Part shown: positions 26,534 through 33,619 of the stretch, piece after piece
How positions within the stretch are numbered: the stretch's first letter is position 1
Layout of the letters: each line of letters begins with the position of its first letter
Assembly: GCA_049967475.1 (NCBI GenBank)
Contig: JBMFSQ010000022.1
Location: forward strand, 24,706-58,324
DNA length: 33,619 nucleotides
Direction of reading: 5' to 3'
Source of the DNA: Chthonomonadales bacterium
GTDB taxonomy: Bacteria > Armatimonadota > Chthonomonadetes > Chthonomonadales > CAJBBX01
Program-made: the position numbers and the translations under genes
The notes under the pieces: generated by a model
The model's input: the letters and a program-made list of their open reading frames with translations, nothing else
Told to the model about the DNA's origin: nothing
The model's database searches: none

Positions 26534-28791
26534 AGGTTCCAAAGCTCTTAGGGTTGCTGCTGATTTGCTCCGGAACTGCGCCTCTTGGCGCTTGGGCGCG
26601 GCCGCGCCACCGCGTGTTTGTAATCGTCGTACCGGGCCTGGAAGCAAAGCATTTTGCCCAGCCGGAAATGGCTAGGCTTGGACCCATGGTGTCACAATGC
26701 GCCACAGGATGGATGGTGGCTCGGACTGCAACCGTACCCGGAGCACGCCCATTGCCGCAGTCCGTGGTGGCTGCGGAATTGGCAACACTGGGAGCAGGTG
26801 CCCGGGCAGCGCCTCCTACTTCCTGCAAAGCAGCGGTATCTTCGGCGCTGGGTAGGCAGACCAACCCGGTGCCCGCGGCCGCGGCGGCATTCGAGCGAGG
26901 ATCAAGCCCGCTGGACGCCGGCAGAGGGGCAGCAAGAAGTGACGCCGCATTGAGCGCTCTGATCCGGCAGATCGAGTGTGCGGATCGCCGGCTGGATTAC
27001 CCTGTTCATCTGGGTGCGCTGGGCTCCCTCCTTCATTCCCATGGATGGCACACGGCGGTTGCGGGGAATGCAGGTCCCTGCCGTTCGCACGACCCGTCGC
27101 CGATCCTTCTGGCTATGGATGAACATGGAGAAGTGGATCGCGCGGCGACAGGCATCCCATCCGTCATTCGCAACGCCGAAGCGCCGTTTGGGTGCGAAAG
27201 CACCTTCGAAGGATATCGCCTCATAAGGGAGAGTGATTTCGGAGTTTACGCATTCGGCGACCTGGCCCGCGCCCAAGCCTACGCGCCCCTCTGCCTGCCC
27301 AAAATGGCGGCCCTCCATACGCAGAAGGCATTGGCGGGCCTGGCCAGTCAAATCCTTTCAACATGGAGATCCTTGGGGCCGAGGGATTGCCTGGTGGTTA
27401 TCGGCGTTCCCAGTTCCGTAGAGGCGGACTACAAAGATCTGGCTCCTATCCTTGTGGCAGGCAGCGGTGTGGCGCCCGGCCTCCTGATGTCGCCCTCCAC
27501 GCACCGCCGTGGCGTGGTGGTTAACACCGACTTCCTGCCGTGGGTCTTGACCGTCATGGGGGCTTCCGTGCCGGGTTGGGCAGAAGGCCGCGCCATGGAG
27601 AGTTCTGGACAGCGCGTGTCCTTGGAGCAGTGGCTGGCAGTGCATCGTGAGGCGGTAGGGACAGCGCGGCTGCAGGAAACCCTAGGCGGGCTTCCCAGCC
27701 TGCAACTTCTGTTGGTGCTGTTGATCGCCGCAGATGCGGCCGGCCCCCTGGGTGGGCGGTGGATTGGACGGCTCTCTTCCATGTTCGCCGCGGCGATTTT
27801 GGCGCTTCCTGCAGCAGAGTTGTTGCTCCCAGCTCTGCACCCGAATACCCTTACGGGAGGGGCCTTGATGCTGGCGGGTGCTCTGTGGGCAGTAGGCATC
27901 ATAGGCGTGTGGCCCGGATCGCGCAGGCGCCTTCCCGCCATCCTATGCGCATTGCTGGTCTTTCCCTTAACGGCCGACGTGCTCGTGGGCGGCCGCCTGC
28001 TAAGTCGTGCGTGGATGGGCTCCAGTGTGACCGTAGGAGCGCGATACTTCGGCATTGGGAATGAGTACGGCGGTGCGCTTCTCTCCGCGGTCCTCGTGAT
28101 CGCGGCGAGCGGTTTCGCCTGGAGGATCCGGTGCCAGAAGGAAACGCCGCGCGACACGGCAGGAAACGGTGTGTCTCGTCCGGAATGGTGGGCGATGAGC
28201 CTGCCCCTGATCCTGTTATCCCTGGGCGTTGTAGTGGGTGCGCCTTCGCTGGGCGCGAACTTCGGATGCGCCTTGGCGTTCTTCGTATCGGGGGCGGCGG
28301 CAGCCGTTTATCTGGTACCCATGCGCCATCGGCGGAGGTGGGTAGGCGCAGCGGCCTTCGTTGTGTGCGCCCTGGCGATTTTGGTGATGGTTGCAGATCT
28401 TCTTCGGCCGCCAGCGCAACAGACGCACCTAGGCCGCGTTCTGCAGCATCCCAGGGACGCCATAGTAATCGCTCGCCGAAAGGTCGCGCTGAACCTGCGA
28501 TTGGCGGTTCACAGTCCTTGGAGCGCTGCCGGGATAGTAGCCTCGGCGGCAATGTGGCTTGTGTGGCGCAGCCGTAGAGGCAACGCGATCCGGATGCTTG
28601 GCGCATACCCAGAATTCCGGGCTTTGGCCTTCGCCTTCCTATGGGGTGTCGCGGCGATGCTTGTGTTGAATGATTCGGGTGTTGTGGCTGCCGCGGAGAT
28701 GCTGCTTCTGGCGGCGGCGGCGTTGTGGCTCTTTGCCGGAAGTGGGGATTTTTTGGGTCCTCGGGTGGGTGGGACACACCAGGATCCCTAG
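26530..28791 (+). CDS. Membrane protein: N-terminal alkaline-phosphatase-like extracytoplasmic domain plus C-terminal polytopic domain
   Basis: ATGA overlap with the upstream stop; RVFVIVVPGL, LLMSPSTHRRGVVVNTDFLP; about 10 TM segments with GARYFGIGNEY, GANFG, THLGR, LNDSG motifs. Confidence 0.7.
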   Translation: MKVPKLLGLLLICSGTAPLGAWARPRHRVFVIVVPGLEAKHFAQPEMARLGPMVSQCATGWMVARTATVPGARPLPQSVVAAELATLGAGARAAPPTSCKAAVSSALGRQTNPVPAAAAAFERGSSPLDAGRGAARSDAALSALIRQIECADRRLDYPVHLGALGSLLHSHGWHTAVAGNAGPCRSHDPSPILLAMDEHGEVDRAATGIPSVIRNAEAPFGCESTFEGYRLIRESDFGVYAFGDLARAQAYAPLCLPKMAALHTQKALAGLASQILSTWRSLGPRDCLVVIGVPSSVEADYKDLAPILVAGSGVAPGLLMSPSTHRRGVVVNTDFLPWVLTVMGASVPGWAEGRAMESSGQRVSLEQWLAVHREAVGTARLQETLGGLPSLQLLLVLLIAADAAGPLGGRWIGRLSSMFAAAILALPAAELLLPALHPNTLTGGALMLAGALWAVGIIGVWPGSRRRLPAILCALLVFPLTADVLVGGRLLSRAWMGSSVTVGARYFGIGNEYGGALLSAVLVIAASGFAWRIRCQKETPRDTAGNGVSRPEWWAMSLPLILLSLGVVVGAPSLGANFGCALAFFVSGAAAAVYLVPMRHRRRWVGAAAFVVCALAILVMVADLLRPPAQQTHLGRVLQHPRDAIVIARRKVALNLRLAVHSPWSAAGIVASAAMWLVWRSRRGNAIRMLGAYPEFRALAFAFLWGVAAMLVLNDSGVVAAAEMLLLAAAALWLFAGSGDFLGPRVGGTHQDP

Positions 28792-28934
28792 AAACCGTCC
28801 GTACGGGAGAACTTGCCCAGAATACCGGCACGTCCGTGCGTAGCGTCCCCCAGCAGGAGGCCCGCTTTCAGGAGGGCGCGGGGGTACGGTGAACACCACG
28901 GAACTGTTGTGAGTGTGGACGCTTATGGGATGCA

Positions 28935-28963
28935 TTCGCTCCGCTGCAAACCCCAGGTATAAT
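28935..28963 (+). promoter_or_regulatory. Promoter for tRNA-Gln
   Basis: Perfect TATAAT at 28958-28963, weak -35 TTCGCT at 28935-28940 (17-nt spacer), 13 nt before the tRNA. Confidence 0.7.
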
Positions 28964-28976
28964 CCATTAGGCGCGC

Positions 28977-29047
28977 TGGGGGATCGTCCAGCGGCAGGAC
29001 AGCGGCCTTTGGAGCCGTTAACCCAGGTTCGAATCCTGGTCCCCCAG
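28977..29047 (+). tRNA. tRNA-Gln (TTG)
   Basis: Acceptor TGGGGGA/TCCCCCA, anticodon arm GCGGC-CT-TTG-GA-GCCGT, GTTCGAATC; no encoded CCA. Confidence 0.96.
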
Positions 29048-29389
29048 AAAACCCATTGCCTCAGCAGTCGACCGGATGGTCTCCGAGAGCCCGCCCTCCA
29101 AATGGGCATCGGTCGACAGGTACGCTACGGCCCGGTGCTCGCCGGAGATCCAGGCGTCGTAGTCCACAGCGAGGTTCGCGTGCGAGATCGGGTTACGCCT
29201 AGGGTCCGGAGAGCCGCGTTGGGCGAGCAAGCCGGATCCGCGTTCCGAAGAGCAGGCGGCGCTGCGGCATCAGCACCCAAGGGGCGGATGAGGCTTCCCA
29301 AGGATCCGCCGCGGTCCGGCCGATGGCGGTTCGCCGGGCGATGCTTAAGCGCTCCCTACCTCAACGCGGGCGTTCGACGCAGGCGCCAG

Positions 29390-30442
29390 TTGCCGTGCGG
29401 TTGGAGCGGTACGTTCCTCGCCAGCGTGCTGGCCCTTGTGGTTCCGTGGCGCCTTGTTCCCTGCGCCGCTCAAACTCCGACGCTTCCCATTCAAGAGCGG
29501 TGCTTCCGCATGGGTACCACGCCCCTTCCTAGTGCCTCTCGAGATATGGCGGATGCCCTGCGCGTCGCGGCTTCCGCATGCGAACTCATGATGCATTGGC
29601 CGGGCAACACGGGTACGGGATTTCTGGCGGAACTGGAGCGCCCGGTGGCAAAGGGCCTCACGTATGTAGAGGCGGTTCGGCGAATGGGGCTCGAACCCGT
29701 TGTGAACGTCAATCCCTGGACAGTGCTTCCGGGCAAGGGCATCGTACGCAACGACGGTTCCGGATGCTGCGATTTTGGGGATGCATCCTTTCGGCGCCAG
29801 ATGGTCCGCGATGTTGCGGCGGCGGCGCGACGGTTTCGACCGGCCTATTTCAGTATCGGAAACGAAGTGAATACCGTTGCGCAATTGAGCGGCGCACGCG
29901 CTTTCCATGACCTGCTGCTCTTGGAAGGCGCCCTCTATCGCGCGATCAAGCAGGCGTCGCCGCAAACGAAGGTCGTAATGGTCGTTTCCTGGTCCCAACT
30001 TGCGGATGGTGACGCACCGCCGGATTATTCCCTTCTGCGCAGGGTGGCGAGCGTGTGCGACGTGGTGGGTTTCACCTCCTATCCGTGGCATCGCCACAGC
30101 ACGCCTGATACCCTGCCTCAGGACTACTACCGCCGGATCGCGCGTTATGTTCGGAAACCCATCGGCTTCACAGAGATAGGATGGACCTCAGATCCTGCTT
30201 TGGGAGGGCGGGAAGACGTTCAGGCGCGTTTCCTCGTGCGCTTTTTGGAGCTGACACGGGGCATGCACCTGGAATTCGTCAACTGGGCTTTTTTGCACGA
30301 TTTGCCCTCTACAGCGGTTCACGGGGTGGCAGTGCAGCGAACGCACTTGGGCCTCGGGTTGCGCCGCCTCGACGGCACTCCGAAACCGGTGTGGTTTCTT
30401 TGGGCCAAACTTCACTCATTGCCGATAGTTCCTCGCCGATAG
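29390..30442 (+). CDS. Secreted clan GH-A-like TIM-barrel protein (putative glycoside hydrolase)
   Basis: Signal-like segment ending in CAA-Q, acid/base SIGNEVN, GFTSYP, nucleophile KPIGFTEIGW, LGLRRLDGTPKPVW. Start uncertain (TTG 29390 or ATG 29288); the longer ORF overlaps tRNA-Gln. Confidence 0.68.
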   Translation: MPCGWSGTFLASVLALVVPWRLVPCAAQTPTLPIQERCFRMGTTPLPSASRDMADALRVAASACELMMHWPGNTGTGFLAELERPVAKGLTYVEAVRRMGLEPVVNVNPWTVLPGKGIVRNDGSGCCDFGDASFRRQMVRDVAAAARRFRPAYFSIGNEVNTVAQLSGARAFHDLLLLEGALYRAIKQASPQTKVVMVVSWSQLADGDAPPDYSLLRRVASVCDVVGFTSYPWHRHSTPDTLPQDYYRRIARYVRKPIGFTEIGWTSDPALGGREDVQARFLVRFLELTRGMHLEFVNWAFLHDLPSTAVHGVAVQRTHLGLGLRRLDGTPKPVWFLWAKLHSLPIVPRR

Positions 30443-30448
30443 TTCCTC
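30421..30448 (+). repeat. Perfect 14-bp tandem duplication GCCGATAGTTCCTC x2
   Basis: Read directly; the second copy contains the stop codon of the upstream gene. Confidence 0.85.
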
Positions 30449-30717
30449 GACCCCGCACCTTGAGGCGTTCCGGCGTGTGTTGTCCGCGTGCAGCCAAGGC
30501 AGCATAGCAGCCGGTGCGGAGCATCGGAGCGTTTGCCGAAGCGGCGCCCTGCGCCGGATGTTGGCGGTGGCGGCATCCGATGCGCAGTATCCCACCGGAG
30601 CGGAACCCATGCCGCCGCGAGCCCATCGAAATTGCCCCCACACCGGCGAAACGGTAATCGAGCCGCTTCCGTATCTCGTGTGGCATGCCGCGGAACCTGT
30701 CTCTGGGAGGAGCCGAG

Positions 30718-32289
30718 ATGTTGGCGATCCGATATCCGTTGGTTCTGGAAACGCTCGCAGGCGCTGCGTGTGTGTGGGTCCTTGCCTTTTCTGGGGCACA
30801 CTCAGCATCGCCCGGCAATACATTCGCCTTGGGGATCGAGTATATGGTTCCTGGGCTTGCCCGCGCATATGCTCCCATGGGGGTCGTTTGGGCGAAATCT
30901 CAGCCTGCGGGCTTTGGTTGGGGCGAGATCGAGCCGGCGCCTCCTATAGCGGGTCGGCATCGCTACCATTGGGACTGGCCCGACCGCCTGATCCGTGAGT
31001 ACCAGGCTGCAGGGTTCCGCAATCTGCAGATTTACCTTCAGTGTAGAAATCCATGGGCTACGGCAAAGCCTCTTCCTGCCATCGGGCACGCGTCCCAGCC
31101 TATACATCCCCGGTACCTTGGAGATTATGCAGCCTTCATCCGGGCAATTGTGGAGCGCTACGATGGTGATGGCTTCGGCGATATGCCGGGCCTCCGCTAT
31201 CCGGTGCGTTATTGGGAAATCGAAGCAGAATGGGGCACCTTCTGGCCGGCTTCAGCGCGTGAATACATAAACTTGTTGCAGATCGCCCGTGATGCCGTGC
31301 ATCAGGCGGATCCCAACGGTAAGATCATCCTTCAGGGGTTTCTGTTCTGGTCCTTCTTCGACGGCAATCCCGATGAGGCCGCCGTACAGCAGCGCCTCGC
31401 CGCGGCGGGCACCAAGGCGCGCAAAACGCTGGAGGATATCCGCGAAATCCTGGCGCACCCCAATCTCTTCGACGCAATCGAGTTCCACTCGCTGAGCGAC
31501 TATACCGAGATCGCGCCTACGGCACGCTTCCTTCGGGCGGAAATGCGCCGCTACGGATACCAAAAGCCGATTTGGGTGGGCGATGCCAACGCCAGCATCA
31601 ATCCGATGGTTTGGTGGGGAAAGGCCAATTACCCCTATGTTCCATCGCAGGTGCCGAAGATCCTGGAGTGGATCGGAGCCCTGAAGGACGCGCGGAACCC
31701 CCGTCACTCTGAGGCCGTTGCGTGGTTTCGGAAGGAACAGGCCGCCTTTACCACCAAGAAAGTAGTGTGCGCATGGGGCGAAGGGCTCGCCGGCATCAAT
31801 ATAGGGAACCTGGAGGATTGGGAGCAACTCGGTTTGGTCCCGCGCATCACCGGCACTGCTCCTTACTGCGGTATGATGGATCGGCCGTTCCCGCGCCGGG
31901 TTACGGACGACCGAGTGCCGGGAAAGCCGCGGCCGGTGTATTACAGTTTGGCTCTTTTGCAGAGGACGCTTGGCGGGGCCACGAAATCGGAGGTTGTTGA
32001 TCTCGGGGAGCACGTCGTTGCCTACCGGTTTCACGTTACCAGCAGCCGTCCCCATTCCGTAGTAGTGGTCTGGTATGAGGATGGGGTAGGCCGTCTTCCC
32101 GGTGATCCCGTTCCAGAGAAGCAGCTTCGCATCCCGAGCAGCGCAAACCAGGCCGAACTCCTTCGGTTACCGGATGGCGAGGCGGTGAGCACCGCAACCA
32201 AGCAGTTGCTGCATTCTAGGAATGGCAGCTTTGAGATTGCGGTGACGCCCCAGCCGGTTTTATTAGTGGAAGGCGCTCGGCACGGCTAG
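30718..32289 (+). CDS. Secreted GH39-like TIM-barrel protein with variant catalytic motifs and C-terminal beta-sandwich
   Basis: SD GGAGGAG; WGEIEP...YHW, VERYDGDGFGDMPGL, YWEIEAE, ADPNGKII, FDAIEFH, KPIWVGD, KPRPVYY. Confidence 0.7.
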   Translation: MLAIRYPLVLETLAGAACVWVLAFSGAHSASPGNTFALGIEYMVPGLARAYAPMGVVWAKSQPAGFGWGEIEPAPPIAGRHRYHWDWPDRLIREYQAAGFRNLQIYLQCRNPWATAKPLPAIGHASQPIHPRYLGDYAAFIRAIVERYDGDGFGDMPGLRYPVRYWEIEAEWGTFWPASAREYINLLQIARDAVHQADPNGKIILQGFLFWSFFDGNPDEAAVQQRLAAAGTKARKTLEDIREILAHPNLFDAIEFHSLSDYTEIAPTARFLRAEMRRYGYQKPIWVGDANASINPMVWWGKANYPYVPSQVPKILEWIGALKDARNPRHSEAVAWFRKEQAAFTTKKVVCAWGEGLAGINIGNLEDWEQLGLVPRITGTAPYCGMMDRPFPRRVTDDRVPGKPRPVYYSLALLQRTLGGATKSEVVDLGEHVVAYRFHVTSSRPHSVVVVWYEDGVGRLPGDPVPEKQLRIPSSANQAELLRLPDGEAVSTATKQLLHSRNGSFEIAVTPQPVLLVEGARHG

Positions 32290-32420
32290 AGGGTCCGTCC
32301 GGCGTGATACTTTGGGGTGCACCTGATGCCGAGTTCCGCACGCAGGTCTCGAGGTGAGGTTTCGGTGCGCGTGGTTATGAGAGCGGAACCTTTGGGCTTA
32401 ATCAAGCTGAGTTCCGCCTA

Positions 32421-32450
32421 TTGACACAGGGCTCCTGGTCGTGGTAGATA
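32421..32450 (+). promoter_or_regulatory. sigma70-type promoter upstream of the riboswitch
   Basis: Perfect TTGACA at 32421-32426; TG-extended TAGATA at 32445-32450 (alternative -10-like hexamers nearby). Confidence 0.6.
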
Positions 32451-32472
32451 GTATGCGATAATCGGAACTCGT

Positions 32473-32538
32473 TCGGCGATGGAGGCCGCCGGGACGGCTC
32501 GACCGTCCGAAGTGCTCACGAGAGCTGATGGCTCCTAT
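32473..32538 (+). ncRNA. Fluoride riboswitch (crcB motif), variant with an inserted hairpin
   Basis: GGCGATGGAG...CGCC 5' signature; P1 CGGCG/CGCCG; hairpin GCTC-ACGA-GAGC followed by TGATG-GCTCC-TA; pseudoknot GGAG (32481-32484)/CTCC (32532-32535). Confidence 0.85.
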
Positions 32539-32573
32539 CCGGCGCGAACTGCGCGCCCGGGTAGGAGCTTTTT
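32531..32573 (+). terminator. Intrinsic terminator forming the riboswitch expression platform
   Basis: GCTCCTATCCGG / CCGGGTAGGAGC stem followed by TTTTTGTCGTTT; the 5' arm includes the pseudoknot strand CTCC. Confidence 0.85.
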
Positions 32574-32602
32574 GTCGTTTTAAAGGGACGCAGGGTGGCT
32601 CT

Positions 32603-33391
32603 ATGCGGCGGATGAGTACGAGAGGAGAAGTGCACACGAGCGCAGGAAGACTGGGCGTGCAGCAGTGTGCCGAAGGCTCATTGAAGTTCTTGCGCCGTTG
32701 GGCTCGGGTGTTTCGGGGAGCACATTCCGTTTCGGTTGCAGATAGTTTGAGCCGGCAAGTGATGGAGGCTCTGGCCGGGCACGGATGCGCCGTTTGCCGC
32801 CTCACTGCGACCGCGATGCTCAGACGCCTCGGCTTCCTCTTCCACGAGAGTGTGAACGACCCCGATTTTCGGGAAGAGGTTCGCTGCGCCGGGGGATTTT
32901 GCCCGCGCCATTCCGCGCTGGTGGACCTGCACGCAGATGCGTTGGGCATCGCCATCATTATGGAAGACGTGGTGCGCACCCAGATCGAGCAATTGCGCCG
33001 ATGGGCGCATGAGCTGCGCAAACCCCGGGCCAATAAATGCGCATGTCCTTTATGTAGGGCGGAAGAAGCAGATGAACGACTTTTCGCCTCAGCCTTGATC
33101 CAGGCGCTGAAATCCCATGAGGGAGCCGCCTTGTACCAACGCGGGGACGGGCTGTGCGGCCGGCACACGAGATTGGCTATGGAAGAGGCGGATGCAAACG
33201 TTCGGAAGCTCATCGTGCAGACCGAAATCCGTGTGCTGGAGAGCCTCGCCCATGACTTGTCGGAGTTCGTGCGGCGATGTGATTACCGATTTGCCGGCGA
33301 GCAGAATGGGGAGGAGCGCGATGCCGGAACGCGCGCGCTCCAGAAAACTGCCGGAAGCCTGCCCGGTAACGAGAAACGGACACTCGCATGA
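32603..33391 (+). CDS. DUF6062-like protein with two CxxC...GxCxxH metal-binding repeats
   Basis: GCAVC...HESVNDPDFR...GGFCPRH and CACPLC...DGLCGRH, C-terminal LSEFVRRCDYRF. Start uncertain (ATG 32603 or GTG 32657); ORF start 32528 lies inside the riboswitch. Confidence 0.75.
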   Translation: MRRMSTRGEVHTSAGRLGVQQCAEGSLKFLRRWARVFRGAHSVSVADSLSRQVMEALAGHGCAVCRLTATAMLRRLGFLFHESVNDPDFREEVRCAGGFCPRHSALVDLHADALGIAIIMEDVVRTQIEQLRRWAHELRKPRANKCACPLCRAEEADERLFASALIQALKSHEGAALYQRGDGLCGRHTRLAMEEADANVRKLIVQTEIRVLESLAHDLSEFVRRCDYRFAGEQNGEERDAGTRALQKTAGSLPGNEKRTLA

Positions 33392-33570
33392 CGCATTCCC
33401 TGGTGCTATCCGCATTCGACGATGCGTGCCGTTCCTGCACGGGTATATCCCGAGCCATGACGCTTCCCGTAGATGGGTTGGTTCTACTGACGGCGATGTT
33501 TGGCGGGGCGTGGTGGAGGCGGTGTCGGGAAGCCGGGCGCTTGCTGTGGACTTTCAAAGCCAGTATTTGA
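33388..33570 (+). CDS. Possible small membrane protein (60 aa)
   Basis: ATGA overlap with the upstream stop; CxxC and one hydrophobic segment; fills the gap to the next start. Confidence 0.3.
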   Translation: MTHSLVLSAFDDACRSCTGISRAMTLPVDGLVLLTAMFGGAWWRRCREAGRLLWTFKASI

Positions 33571-33586
33571 CCGGAAAGGGGCGGGG

Positions 33587-33619
33587 ATGATGAAAGTGCG
33601 CGTTGCAGCCGTGATCGCG
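33587..33619 (+). CDS. 5' end of a gene truncated by the window edge (MMKVRVAAVIA..., signal-peptide-like)
   Basis: ATG preceded by a purine-rich GGAAAGGGGCGGGG tract; basic then hydrophobic N-terminus. Confidence 0.5.
   Translation, partial: MMKVRVAAVIA

Noticed and set aside
28913..29287. N-terminal extension of the 509-aa ORF
   Set aside because: Runs through tRNA-Gln and its promoter; the real start must be downstream.
32473..32538. SAM or other riboswitch class for the GCTGATG-containing leader
   Set aside because: Lacks the SAM-I ATC-AGAG core and its four-way junction; the GGCGATGGAG...TGATG-CTCC pattern fits the fluoride class.
1..33619. CRISPR array, prophage, integrase or intact IS element
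   Set aside because: No regularly spaced repeats, att duplications of tRNA ends, or recombinase/transposase ORFs were seen.

Overview
GC-rich bacterial chromosomal window; the gene content and hypothetical-protein families suggest Armatimonadota, which is an inference. The left half is mostly housekeeping: znuA-like binding protein, BadF-type sugar kinase, ppdK, rpsO-pnp, and on the opposite strand asd-dapA-rnj. The centre holds a GT-C-like membrane protein, znuC/znuB-like genes, a large GH42-like glycosidase, a tandem STN/N0-like protein, a cysteine desulfurase, an ABC permease and a tRNA-Arg/tRNA-His operon. The right half holds an esterase-lactonase fusion, three secreted clan GH-A-like TIM barrels (one with altered catalytic motifs), an AlkP-like polytopic membrane protein and tRNA-Gln. 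The most notable element is at the right end: a sigma70 promoter, a fluoride (crcB-class) riboswitch with an extra inserted hairpin, and an overlapping intrinsic terminator. Its first downstream gene is not a fluoride exporter but a DUF6062-like protein with two CxxC...CxxH motifs, followed by more genes running off the window. No CRISPR array, integrase or intact transposase was seen.
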